From Lama guanicoe (taxonomy: Eukaryota): a stretch of 64,000 nt of DNA. Positions 40,680 to 53,797 of the stretch are shown in pieces. The notes under the pieces are model-generated. The model was not told the origin of the DNA. It did no database searches and was given only the letters and a program-made list of their open reading frames with translations. Location: assembly GCA_013239625.1 (NCBI GenBank), contig MU054212.1, positions 7,228,270 to 7,292,269 of the forward strand. Direction: 5' to 3'. Position 1 is the stretch's first letter, and each line of letters opens with the position of its first letter. The translations under genes were made by a program, and so were the position numbers.

Positions 40680-42610
40680 AGAAGCTATATTTGTGAATAA
40701 TGGAAATATGACTTAGAAACAGGTAAGCTTAGGGGAAAAGGCACAAATAAATTGAGCTTTTATATGCAGAAGGGGAAAATCAGAGACAAATTTAAGATCC
40801 TTGAATTGGGCTTAGAGATACAGGCAGAATTTGAATAAAATAGATGGAGCTGTATTTTATGTGAAAGATTCAAAGGTACAAAGTCAAAAGCTAATTTTGT
40901 GGGAGTCTGGATTACAGGAGGCACAGTGCAAATGAATCTGGAAAGACAAATTAGAAGTCAATTTTGGAAGATTCCTTGAGTTTGAAGCTAAGGAGTCTGA
41001 ACGGTGTTCTCCGTGTTTGCAGCACAAAGCTGCTGAGGGCTTTTGGGCAGAGCTATAAAAGATCGCTGCTTTTTAAGAAAATTATTCTGGCAGTACTGAA
41101 AATGGGATGTTAGAGATGGGAAGCATGAGAGTGGAAAGAGTTGTTAGAAAGCAATTTTAGTTGGTCCAAAAGGCAAAATGAGGGCTTGAATTTGGAGAAT
41201 AGCATTGAAATTAAATTGGAGTAGGATAATGCAGTCATCATCACTACCGTCATCATCATCATCCAATGGTAGCAATTTTACATTTCGTCAAATAACACTT
41301 GAAGCAAGGTATGCAGAGAAGCCACCGATAATTCTCGGGTTTCAAGCTGGTATAACTGAGAATTGAGTTCAGGTGTTAAGAAATAGTTGTGTTTTTTTGT
41401 TTTTGTTTTTGTTTTTTGAGGGGGGATGGGGAGGTGGATTTATTTGCTACACAACTGTTTTTTTTTTTTTCACTCCAACATATGTGTGGTTTATCTTGTT
41501 TACATTTCTGCCTCCAGCTCCTAGAATAAGATTTGGCATATATAATGGATTCAATAAATCTTTTTGGAATGAAGAAATGACAGATGGTCCTATTAGCCAA
41601 ATATTTCAGTAACCCAGGAGGCCAGTCTAAATAAGCCTAATATTTTATTCAACCTGTAACAGTTTCTGTTACTCAGTTTTCTCTAGTCACTGTGAGAAAT
41701 CTAAATGAAGGAGGCATGGTACCTATCCTCAAAAATCATGTAGTGCATTGGGAAATTATTTATTCAAGAAATATTTACTGAGCTTATATTACTGAGCATA
41801 TGCTGCATACACTTTGCTAAGTACAGAATATACAAGAATGAATCGTGCAGAGGAATAAGACAGAGGAGAAGGACATCCTCGTGCTGAAATACACTTTCCT
41901 CTGTACTAGGCAAGAAGTCTAATAGCTGGATGGATCTATACCAGATTTAGTATAAGACCGAGCAGAGTAACATAAATGTCAAATAGAAGTAGAAAGAAAG
42001 TTCTGTGAAGGCACAGAGGGTGAAGAACTTTAATCTGAAAGTAGTATTGGAGAAGATTTTATGATGGAATGGATACTTAACTTGAACCTTGAAGGACCAG
42101 TGGATGTTTTGTAAGTAGAGCCAAAGGAAAGTGAATTTCACCCAGGAAAGTATGTAATTTACAAAGACTTGCTGCTTGTATGGTGGGATGTTGTACTAAA
42201 GGGTAATATGGTCTACATGCTTGATGACTTGGTTGCAGATTAAGCTCTTTTAACTTGTTTTGAAACCAGTTTTTACCATCAGAGATTTTTCAAATGAGAA
42301 ACAGCAGGCATAAAATAACTTAAAGAAATATTTTAGTGCCTGGACTTAGGGGAGGAGGAGAAGATCTAAAGGATAAATAAATACAGTCCTTATTTTCTCT
42401 TAGGAGCCAGTAGCCCTGTGAATAATGTATTGGACGGGCAGAAAGATAAGACCCAGGGAGACTGGGTAAGAGACAATTGCAGTAGTTGAGATAAGAGATA
42501 AGAGTCTGACCTTGATCCTTGGCCTTGGAAATGAAAAGAAAGGACTGAATTCCAGGCTTATTTTCAACCCGGAGGAGTAGGAATAAATGACATGGGATGG
42601 ATCTGTAGAA
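40680..42610 (-). mobile_element. Cluster of decayed L2 fragments
   Basis: L2 tail tttattcaagaaatatttactgagc at ~41760. L2-like aggagtctgaac...gagggcttttgggcagag, aacttgaaccttgaagga and gagacaattgcagtagtt. Confidence 0.6.
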
Positions 42611-42968
42611 AATCTGGAAGGCAACTGGAGATTTGATCTAGGGAGACTTGGGAGAACAGAAAGGCTCTCTGGGCCTATCAGCATTTGATTAAAGAAATTT
42701 AGAGCTCTCTGTCTCTTTCTACCCCACTGGAGGGGAGCTCAACCTTTTCTCCCAGGAGAAAGAGGCAGGCGACTTGCCGCCAAAGAGCCACCAAAACTGC
42801 TCTGTTTCGGTTCAATTTATAAAAATACAAATGGGGATGAACATCACCATCTTCTAGACCAGAATGAGTAGGAAAGGCATGGAAATGTGAATCTGATTTT
42901 ATAGGTTTATTTGAGCCAGTGGAATGCAGTATAATTGTGTGAAATACTTAAATATTTCTCATGTACTC

Positions 42969-43627
42969 TGGCTGAGTAGTATTCCAGTGTGTGTGTGTGT
43001 GTGCGCGCGTGCGTGTGTTTGTGTGTATATATATATATCACAACTTCTTCATCCAGTCATCTGTGATGGATATTTAGGTTGCTTCCATGTCTTGGCTATT
43101 ATAACTAGTACTACTATGAGCATTGGGGTGCAGGTGTCTTTTCGAATTGGTGTTTCCTGCAGATGTATGTGCAAGAGTGGGATTGCTGGATCATATGGTA
43201 ACTCTGCTTTTAGTTTTTTAAGAAACCTCTGTACTGTTTTCTGTAGTGGCTGGACCAAATTGCATTCCCACCAGCAGTGTAGGAGGGCTCCCTGTTCTCC
43301 ACACCCTCTCCAGCATTTATCGTTTGTGGACTTCTTGATAATGGCCATTCTGACTGGTGTGAGGTGATACCTCCTTGTAGTTTTGATTTGCATTTCTTTG
43401 ATAATTAGAGAGATTGAGTATTTTTTCCTGTGCCCATTGGCCATTTGTATGTCTTCATTGGAGAAATGTCTGTTTAGGTCTTCTGCCCATTTTTGACTGG
43501 GCTGTTTGTTTTTTTTGAAGTTAAGTCCATGTCAGTCACATTGTTTGCATTTATTTTCTCCCATCCATAGATTGTCTCTTTGTTTTGTTTATGATTCCCT
43601 TTGCTGTGCAAAAGCTTATAAGTTTAC
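42969..43627 (-). mobile_element. LINE-1 ORF2 3' fragment lacking the 3'UTR
   Basis: The minus ORF 43049-43444 (...[51 protein letters not shown]...) is the L1 ORF2 Cys-rich domain. Confidence 0.95.
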
Positions 43628-46600
43628 CTTTTGAGTTTAGATGGTAGCAGACACACTTGGTCTACTTTCTGTGTTTTCTACCAGCAATACTAAATATTTG
43701 TGCATTTAGCTTGGTGCCAGGAGTTGGATGTTGCCAGGGTTGTTGGAGATTTACCAAGGCTCAAATTGAAGGAGCTGCAAGATTATAGGAGATTTGTGAA
43801 ATACTTGTTGAGGTGGTTGATTTTGGGGTGCAGGCTCGATAGGGAGAAAAGTAAGGTCAGAGGGCCTGGAATGAGTGCAGGTCACAGGGAAAGGAAAATG
43901 TCACTTTAAAAGCAGAAAGATATGTCATTGAATGAAGTGTTATAGAGTCTCAGAGTAACATATTTTGAATATGATCATGTAAACACATGAGTCAAAAGTC
44001 ATCTCCTTGGCCATAGCATTTCAGTTCAGAGGTCAAATACAAAGACACAAGGGGCCAGAGCAGCGTGGTGAGGGCTGGTGAACAGGCAGAATTGGAAATA
44101 TTGGCTTAATAAATTCAGTGCTTGGGTTTATAGCCAGACTTGCCTTTTTGCTCAGCTCTCTGCAAGTTGTGCTTGGAGAATTTTTAGAACCTTCTTGATG
44201 ATACGTAACAGATCCTTTCTTTCTTTAAAATTTGTACTTTATAAGCTATGTCTACACAGGACAATTTTGTGACCTTTTTAAAATATATGGCAGCTGGTGG
44301 AATAAATGTCGACTAAAGTGGAGCTGTATTTAGGTTTTTATTACACACTCAGATTGAACGTCACTGATGAATAGGTTGTTGTCATTTCTGTCATCTGTAT
44401 CATTTTTAAGTGATGTTCATCTCCTTCCTCCATTTGGTGGCATCGGGCTATTGGGGCTGTCTCTCCAAATACGTACAAGACCATCCTCCAGCTGCTTCTA
44501 AATAAATGACACCCATTATTTTTTTTGTCCAAATGGTAATTGCAGCATTTCAATCCGTTCTTACTAATCTCCTGATTTGGTTCGGCGTTCATATCTGTGT
44601 GTCTGTGGTCTGTTAAATGGTGCGCCACTGAAGGGTACGTACTGTGTAGGCTCTTTAAAATCCTATCTAGCTTTGTACTCTTCAGGTTTTTGAACTCACT
44701 GGCAGTAACGCACATAATTTTAACTGTGGAGAATGTCATTAAACTAAAATGGAACATTTACACAGTCCCTTTTGCAGAGAATTTTGGACCAGGAAAATGA
44801 ATGTGTGTGTCAGACATTTTACAGCACATGAGAATGTGATTTATTGATTTCTGATGGCTCTGTTGGCATCAGTGTATATATTTAAAGAAGTCACGCAGCC
44901 TTTATAAATGCAAATGGGAAAGGGCTTTCCATCTTTTTCCTCCCTGGAAATAGCTCATACATTTGCAATAATTCAGACTCCGCTTAGAGATTGCTCTATG
45001 TACAGTATATATTGATTTTTAAATTATACCGTTATTTTATTCTACAAATAGCATATATAATGAAATGTCAATTTACCTAACAGATTATAAAATACAAAAG
45101 TATTAAAGATATGAAAAAATACTAGTATCTTAAGCCTTTAGGTAAAAGTAAGTGCATACTTGAGATGTAATTATTTTAATGGAACTGACACTTTGGCTTT
45201 TTTCCTGCTTCTGAAAGCATATCTTAAAGTACTTAGGAAATCCAATATTCCTTCTAGCCTAAGTCACTTATTGGTGATAGTAAATCACACATCGCCAAAG
45301 ATATCCTTGCAGAATGCGCCTGGCTGTTTCCATTCTCGCCATTTGGGCTTTATGCTTCTGAAGGGAAGTGATTTCATCTCAATATTATTCATCCCTTAGC
45401 TAACTGGCGAGTTAACATCAAATTCTGTTTATCAGCATCTGCCTCAGTGTATATCAAATAATGTTTAGACTGGATTGAATTACAGGTGTGCAAGTAATTG
45501 CACGTGATAGGCAATCCGACAAATGGAGCCGTGCGGTGGGGGGGGGGCGTTAATTAAAGAGCACAGACCCATTTAACCTGGAGAACATCCCGTTCTATGC
45601 CTTAAACCACTTTTTCCCTCCTTTATATTGGGTTCTGGGTGGCAGCCTCCTAGCCTGAGGGGGTATCTTTGGCCCTGTATGATCACCGGCCACGAGCATG
45701 AATACATATTTAATGTTGGCATCTAATAGTTACATAATTACCATTTTGTTATGTGAGTTATTTTGATATGTATATATGCATAATACTTCACTACCTGCTT
45801 ATACAGGAATGGAGAATACAGAACTTTAACCTTGCTTTATTATACGAATGACTAGAATTTGACAAAGGGAGTCCTGCATATGACAGATTATGCAGTAATG
45901 CCCCTCATTTTAATATGGGGCATCCAATGCCAAGGTCACCATGGACCATTGGGAACAGATGTCATACAATGAGTTACCCTTAAATTAGGCTCTAGGGTAG
46001 AAGGAAGAGAACCGATTTCACTTGTTACCTCACCACGAGAATGCCTAGTAGTTATTAAACCCTACTCAAAAAATAGAGTTGCCTGAGAGAATATTTTGGT
46101 TCCATTTGTAAAATGTATTAAAGATCACTGTAAAGGAATGAAAAATCAATTATCAGCAGGAAGTGAACGGTGTAATAATGACTGAACCCATGGGTTAGGG
46201 TGGCAGTAGAAGTCCACATCTTTAATTCACTTCGCTGCTTCTAAATCCCCATTAAAATGACACTGGCTTTTCCCTATTATTGTATTTCTTTGTGATTTCT
46301 GGGACACAGGGGAAGAATGCCATCCAGAGTCCAAAAACTGTGAGAAATTTCTGCAGGAGATAATGAAGGTGAGGCTAGATGGAGCTAAGAGAAGACCGAA
46401 GGGAAGTGCCTGCCTGGGTGGAGCTGCCTGTGGATCTGACTGTGGGTTTACATTAGATGCACCCCACGGGGTTATCAGGGCCAGAGGCCATGGTGGAGCC
46501 TTCAGGAAGGGCAAATCTCTGTCCTGCTCTTGCTGTCTAGAAAGGTTCCTTTCCAGAGAGAGAGGATTTGGTCTCTCAAGCGCAGAAGTTTAGCACTGCT

Positions 46601-47319
46601 AATGTTTCCAGTCTGTGCTTGCCTCAGGGGTTGGCTTGTATTCTCCATCCAAAGGCTGGCTGGCTGTCTTGCCAGCTAAAGGGAGACCTAGTTCCACTGA
46701 TGTATCCTTCAACGAGTGGTTACTTCTTTCTTCATTAAAGAATCAGTCGCTGCTCCTCACAAATGCAGACCTTTACTTGAGGAAGCATCAGAGGAGTAAA
46801 CATGCACTTTTTCCTGATCCGTCTGAGCCTGAAAGACGCCTGCAAGGTCCAGCAGAGTTTCTGAAGAAACCATCTCACTATCCAATCATGATCCAACACC
46901 TATGGACCTGTCTCTCTTAGGATGAGAAGACCGATCAGTAAGGCGACATAGGAAAGATTTGGCAGTAAATAAAATAGACCCAGTGTGACAGTTCAGAGAG
47001 CAAGACCCACTGTGTGTTACTGAAACAGGATAAAAATGATTTCGACAATACCTATGAGTAAGCTGAAGATGATTCAGGAGAATTTAGTTATATTTTAAAA
47101 TATTAGTTGAAGTTTTCCAGTGGGCTATGCATGTGCGAGACATTGAGGTCTCCTGTTATATGAGACTGTCACCTGTCTATCTTCATCAAGCTTATAGTCT
47201 AGCAGGAGAAACAACACTGAGGGAGGGAATGTGCACGAAGGCCCCTGGGGATATAATTTTGAAGAAGAGAGGGGAAGCTTGTGGGCAGCCATGGAAGTGA
47301 GCTTGGTGCAGTTAAGATA

Positions 47320-47863
47320 CAGGAATACCTCGGAGATGTTCTGGGTTCGGTTCCAGACCATCACAATAAAGCGAATGTTGCAATAAAGCGAGTCACGTGA
47401 ATTTTTTAGTTTCCCAGTGCATATAAAGGTTATGTTTATACTGTAGTCTATTAAGTATGCAATAGCACTATATCTAAAGTAGCAATGTGTGTATCTTAAT
47501 TAAAAAGTGCTTTTTTGCCAACAAATGCTAACCACCATCCGAGCCTTAAGATAGAGCAGTCAGAACCCACACGACGTATATCGAGTAAGCTTGCTGTCTC
47601 ACACGGGCATGGTTTATGGTGCCCCGAAACAATTACAGTAGTGCCATCAAAAATCGCTGGTCACATATCACCATAACAAATACAATAATCATAGAAAAGC
47701 TTGAGATATTGTGAGAATTCCCAAAATATGACACAGAGACACAAAGTGAGCAAGTTCTGTCAGAAAAATGGCACCGGTAGGCTCGCTGGACGCATGGTTG
47801 CCACAAAGCTTCCGTGTGTGGAAAGCGCAGTAAGGCAGAGCACAGCACAGCGAGGTGCGCCCG
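47320..47863 (-). mobile_element. Internally deleted Tigger1-type (TcMar) DNA transposon
   Basis: Starts TA|caggaatacctcggagatgttctgggttcggttccagacc and ends cgaggtgcgcccg|TG. Both termini are degenerate CAGGCATACCTCG TIRs. 544 bp, no transposase. Confidence 0.9.
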
Positions 47864-48149
47864 TGTTGGGAGACGGTCTGATACTTCGGAATCTTTAAGA
47901 TGCTGCAGGCAGAACCAGAAGTGCCCGGTCTGTGGCAGATTCTTCCCCATCAGCAAGGCCTGTGTTTTTTTCAGTTGGCCTGATGGGAACAGACTCTGAA
48001 GAGTTCTTGCCCAGCCCCTGACTGTTTTCTCCCAACTCCAGAGCTTTCTCTCTGCAGTGCTCTGGTTCTTTGTTGGTTCTCTGATTCTGTTCCATGAACT
48101 GTAACTACTTTGGTTTCCTCTGATGCTCAGCTTCAGTGTCTTGTTAGCC

Positions 48150-49990
48150 CAATAGGTGGACGTTGGTGCCGTTTACTGAGGTAGGTAAAACCGGACAGAA
48201 AGCATGTTTTTAGTTTTGGACATGTTGTATCTGAGGTTGCTTTGAGAAATCCATATGGAAATTTTGCATAAAAAGTTGGCTGTATAGGTCTGAACGTTAA
48301 GAGTTCTAAGCAGGTTTATAAAAAAAATTGGGAACCATCAACATATAAATGCTCATTAAAACCATGGATATAAATGATCTGTGCTATAGAATAGAACGAG
48401 AAGTGGGCCCAGGATTTAGGCTTGAGATTTCCAAATCTTAGGGACTGAGTGAAAGAGATTAAGCTTGCAAATAAGACTGAAAAGTAATAGCCAATGAAGT
48501 GAGGTAGAAGAAAACCAAGCGTTTTATCACTGAAATTGAGGGAGTAAATATTTAAGAAGGAGCGAGTGCTTTATTTTAATACTTCCATATTGAACAGATG
48601 AAGATGGAGAGTCCGTTCACCATCAGATTTCACATATGCAGCTCACTGGTGATCTTGACAAGAACAATTCAGAGGCATGACAGGGAGGAGAAACCAGTTA
48701 GGAGTGGCTTGGAAGAGAATGGAAGGAGAGGATTTGGGTGGATTCGTTCATTTCCCCCTCCATGTAAAGGGGATAATGGTGTGAAGCAGTAGATCTTAGA
48801 ATTTCTTGAGTACATTAAGGCCATTGTTTTCTTTTAAAAATTGTTATTTTAAGTGGGGTCTTCTTACTCAATTTTTGATCATCTTTAATTGTTTTTCATT
48901 TCAAGCTCTTGAGTTTTCCAGATAATCATATCACTTACTAACAATGATCATTTTAATTCTTTCTCATTAGTGTAGTTTTTAGAACCATTTCATTTAGTCA
49001 ATAGTGAAGAAAGTCATAGTGGAGTAAGATAAGGATTGAGCTAAATAAGAAGGGAGAAAAAATATAGACAGACATACCTGTTAAGAAATTTGTTTTGAAG
49101 GGTGAATAGTCATAAAGTTAATTCGAACAGTGTAACTTAAGGAGAAAGGTGGATTTTCTTTGATTTTTTTTCATGTTGGGGAGGATTTAGTGTGTTTACT
49201 GTCAAAGGGATAGAGGACTCTTTGAGAAGGAGCGGTTAAATAATCAAGATAAAAATGGAACTTGGTTGCCTCCAATAATGATCCGTTAAAAGGCAGGGGT
49301 GGATAAGGTCGTCATCAAAGCACCAGTGGAGAGATGTTCCTTAGAAAGGAGACAGCACCATTTCAGGAAAACTGAGAGGAGAAAGAAAGTGGGGGAAGAA
49401 GATGGGTGCGATGTTTGGTAATACAAAGTCTAGGGGTTTCTTTTCTGATTGCCAGTTTTTCCCCCGCTAGAAAAATAGAAGTTAAAATCATGGACTGGTA
49501 GTGATGGGTAGGTTCAGATTGAGAGAAAGGTAAAAAGCTTGAGGTGAATGGAGTTGAAAAAGTCACTGAAGAGTGAGAAAGTGAGTTCACTGCGAGCGGC
49601 AGGTTAGGTTAGCTGGGGAGTGACCGGTGGCCTGGAGTTGGTGACTTAATTATCAAACCTGTCTGCTTTAAAGAGTTGATTTGTTCAAAGATGCTGACTA
49701 TAGAATGGGGAGGTCCACCACGAGTTAGGCGTTTGTCATATGGGCGTATCCAAACGGCAAGAAGGACAAGAATCATATGAACGTGACGAGCCAGAAAATC
49801 TAAACTTGACAAGGAAGGGAGTGATGGAAGAAGGAGGACAAGGGCCTGGGTGCAAATAAAGGGATGAGTGGACAGCAGGTCGTAATGAGTTCACGAGTGG
49901 GCCCAGTAGGGCCGTGTGCACAAACAAACTGGAAGGAGGGAGCTGGGTCAGCATAATAAACGATTAAATGCTGTTGTGATAGAGCAGTTT
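48150..49990 (-). mobile_element. Decayed L2 fragments
   Basis: L2 ORF2-like phrases: tttagttttggacatgttgtatctgagg, cactggtgatcttgacaagaacaattcag, gtcatagtggagtaag. Confidence 0.65.
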
Positions 49991-50810
49991 TGGGGATTTT
50001 TCTCCTTTCCTCCAAACATCTATAGTCTTTTGTCTTTTTAAATTATTAGTAACTCTATAGAAAATTTGAGTTTTCCTTTATAGGCCGGGTTTCATGTCTA
50101 GCTTAAGCATATTTTGCCTACATCAGTACTATACTACTATCCCCCAAAGTACTCTAATCCTTTTTATATTTAGGTTTTTTTTTTTCATTTAGATTTGTAG
50201 AAGTGTGAGTCCTGCAATTTTTTTTTTCTTTTCCAAGTTTGTTCTGTCTATTCTGGAATTTCCAAATGAATTTAGCATCGGCCTCAATTTCTGTAAAGAA
50301 GCCAGCTGTGATTTTGACAGGAATTGTCTTAAATCTGTAGATCACTTCTGAGAATATTGCCCTCTTAACAGTGTTAAGTCCTCTGATCCATAACTTGGAA
50401 TTTCTTTCCATTTATTTGGATCTTCTTTGATTTCTTTCAGCTATGGTTTTTAGTTTTCAGAGCATAAGTTTTGTATTTCTTTTGTTAAATTTGTCCCTTA
50501 CCATTTTAATGTTATTGTAAATGGATTTTTTTCCTTCATTTTATTTTTGGATTGATGAGAAATCCAGTGTTAATATTCTTATGGTTCCCTTGTGCATAAT
50601 GTCTTTTTTCTCTTGCAAGCCAGAGAAAGTCTTGAAATAAGCACCATTTTTACTGTGATTTCTGTGGGTATGGCTCTCTTCACATTTATCCTACTTAAAG
50701 TATGTTGAGCTCCTTTGATTTGTAGATTAATGTTTTTCATTAAGTTTGGGAAGTTTTGGCCAGTATTTCTTTCACTATTTTTCTGCTCCCTTCTCTCTCT
50801 TTCCTCTCTC

Positions 50811-51007
50811 TTTTTTTTTTTAACATTTTTTAATTGAATTATAGTCATTTTACAATGTTGTGTCAAATTCCAGGGTAGAGCACAATTTTTCAGTTATACA
50901 TGAACATACATATATTCATTGTCACATTTTTTTTCACTGTGAGCTACCACAAGATCTTGTAGATATTTCCCTGTGCTATATAGTATAATCTTGTTTATCT
51001 GTTCTGC
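50811..51007 (-). mobile_element. Short young L1 3' end nested in the older L1 ORF1
   Basis: Poly-T then aacattttttaattgaattatagtcattttacaatgttgtgtcaaattcc..., homologous to 24113-24307. Confidence 0.92.
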
Positions 51008-51765
51008 ATGTTATCTGTCCATTGGTACACTTGATTGCACCTCACGTTTCACTGAGGCTCTGTTCATTTTTTTCATTCTTTTTTCTATGTGTTCTTCAGC
51101 ATACGTAATCTCTATTGCTCTGTCTTCATATTTGCTGATTCATTCTTCTGCCAATTCACATTTACTGTTGAGCTCCTCTAGTGAAATTTTCATTTTAGTT
51201 ATTTTACTTTTCAATCTAGAATTTTCAGTTGGTTCATTTTCATAGTCATTATCTCTTTCTTGATATTCTCTATTAGATGAAACATAGTCATCATGCCTTC
51301 TTCAATTTAAACACGGTCTTGTTTAATTATTTAAAGGTAGTTATAATGGCTGCTTTGAAGCCTTTTTGTGTTAAATCAAACATCAGGGACTCTCACAAGC
51401 AGTTTTCTGGCCTGATTTCCAGCCTATGGGTCACTCTTTCCTCTATGTTGATGGCCCCCTCCCCCTTCTTCTCCCTCCCATTTCTCCCCTTCCCTCTCTC
51501 TCCCGTCCCCCTCTTCCTCTCCCTCTCTGGACATTTCGGGTTATAACTTGCAGCATCTATATACTGATTACACTCCCAACTCTTCTCCAGGGATTGTTTT
51601 GTTGTTGTTTCTTGTTAATTTGATTAGAGACTTGGCTGGATTATTTTAGTGAAATTGATTTTTCCAGCCGTGTGAAGCCTCTGATGTCGCTTCTCAAAGG
51701 GCACAGCTTGGCCCTGATCAGTCCCACTGGAGTTCTTTGTTCCTTTCCCTGATCTCTCTGTTAAA

Positions 51766-52057
51766 CCATTATAAATACCTATGCTAAATCTAGTAAAGTG
51801 TTGAAAGTATTTTTTTTTCCTTAAAGAAGGAGAATATTTCTCTTGATGGTAACTTTCTTTTATCATTATTTATTGTAATTTTGAGGGATTTGTTTATATT
51901 TGCTCTGGGGAATAGGGAAATCAATTTATATTAGGTTTTCAGTGGTCACAATAAAATTACATTTGCCATTCATAAACATTGTGAGACTCTTTCTAAGTGG
52001 AAGCAATGGGGATAAAATTAGTGGTGGATATAAAGACAGTGCTCAAGGATTTTACAG
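51766..52057 (+). repeat. Dispersed direct repeat, copy A (partner 53509-53797)
   Basis: 51876-51968 aligns ungapped to 53608-53700 at 78/93 by hand count. Gapped similarity extends to ~290 bp. Confidence 0.92.
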
Positions 52058-53508
52058 TTTTATTTGGTATCAGACTCAGCCCTTGGACTCATTAATTGCT
52101 GCCTAATTGCTTTATTGTTTTTAACAATGCCTGGGGCATAAACTCATCCACAGTCTGATCCAATTAAATTGGAACCCCTTTGTAGGGATGTTTTTTGAGG
52201 CTAGTTTTTGAGGTTGGTTTGAAGTCTAGGAGGGCACTTTTTACCTATCTCTTTCCCCAGTTCTCTCTGATAAATTAGTTGACCTGTGGTTTAGCTTGTT
52301 GCTGTCAGAGAGCTACCAGCCTCTTAATTGCTCACCAGCAAAATATCTCCGTTTGTTTCAAGAGTACCCTTCAGCTTGAACTTTCCTGCACTGTGTTTTT
52401 AGTAATACCAGCTTTTGAGGGGAGACCTTAGAAGATCTCTGTTCTTATCAACTCCCTCTTGGCCTGGCAAAAATCTGGAGCCACTGTTTCAGAGCTGGGG
52501 ACAGGGGTGACACTGCTGCTTTAGTAGCAGAGATTGGTGGCGGTGGTCACGTCTGGTCTTCTCATCTTGCCTCTGCTGGAATGGAACCTCTGCCCTTCTG
52601 ATGGGCCTAAGTGAGGATATTCAAGGCCCCAGTGTCCCTGGCCTGCCGCACCTGGGGCAGAGCCACCACCCTAGAGTGATCACTGGCGGAGGAGAGGAGC
52701 CCCTGACCTCTTGGCTGTACTTGCCACTGCCCCTCAGGGGTGGGAGGGATGAGAAATGCTGTTGGCCTGCCCCTCCCACTGAGTTACTGCCTTCCTCTAC
52801 TGGGAGCTGAGAGAGAGGGACCCCTCTCTACTCAGCCACAACCACCTGGGGAGGAGCTTCCATCACAGGAACCTCGTGGATGGAGGGAGTGGTTGGGGCT
52901 TAATTGACACAGACTCTTGCTGTGGTTACTCGGATTTAGTAGGTTTTTTGAATAACTCTTTCTTCACTTGCTATATTCCCTTAGGACAAATTCCAGAAAC
53001 TTTACATAGTCATATTTTTTAAGAAATAACTTCCCCCGTTATAGTTGTTTCACTGGGGACAGATTCACGGAGTTCCTCACACCACCAATCTGAAAGTAGA
53101 ACTCCATTACCTTTAGGTTGTAATGTAACTTTTATAGGAGGTAATAAATATTGGTTCAAATTGTTTTTCTCAGTTGAATTGTCATTTATTAAATAAGCTA
53201 TCCTTTTTCTAAAAAATGGCATATTAATAGTGCACAATATTTTGATATGTACTACAATGTAGTAGGTACTCGATAAATATTTTTTGATGAAATTTAAATT
53301 AATATCTTATGAGGTTTTTTTACTCATATTTTCTGTGAGTAAAAGTACCCCCCAAACTGCTTTATATTCTTCCTGTCATCTCACATTATATCTTCGAAGA
53401 GAAGAGTTGCAGTTTTGCTAAGCTCTTTTATATTACAGAAGCTTGTAAAGAGAGGGTCGTATTAAAGTGTAGATTATCTGAAAAACAACACAGACAGCTC
53501 GACAGTTT

Positions 53509-53797
53509 CCATTTTTAATACCTATATTAATTTCCTGTAGTAATTGTTTAAAGTACTTTTTCATCCAAGGAGACTTTTGATTGTACCCAATTTATCATTC
53601 TTTTCCATAATTTTGAGGAGTTTGTTTATATTTGCTCTGGAGAATGGGATAATTAATTTATATCAGATTTCCAATGGTCACAATACAATTGCATTTTGCA
53701 ACTCACAGATACTGAGCCTGTTTCTAAGCATCCTGTTTTTGGTAAGCAACAGGGATAAAATTAATGAGGAGATGGCTGTACTCAAGGACTGTACCAG
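53509..53797 (+). repeat. Dispersed direct repeat, copy B (partner 51766-52057)
   Basis: Shares tttgtttatatttgctctgg, tggtcacaata, gggataaaatta and ctcaagga with copy A, in the same order. Confidence 0.92.

Larger units (their letters stand above)
50150..53097 (-). mobile_element. Old L1M (L1MC/MD-like) with 5'UTR, ORF1 and an ORF2 fragment, internally deleted
   Basis: The minus ORF 50154-50411 (...IYRFKTIPVKITAGFFTEI) is ORF2-like. ORF 50579-50866 (...QNFPNLMKNINLQIKGAQHTLSRIN) is ORF1-like. 5'UTR-like ccacagtctgatccaattaaatt runs on to ~53097. The sequence jumps from ORF2 to ORF1 near 50555. Confidence 0.85.

Noticed and set aside
42924..43444. Overlapping 147-aa (+) and 131-aa (-) ORFs as genes
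   Set aside because: The minus ORF is an L1 ORF2 fragment and the plus ORF is its antisense shadow plus a microsatellite.
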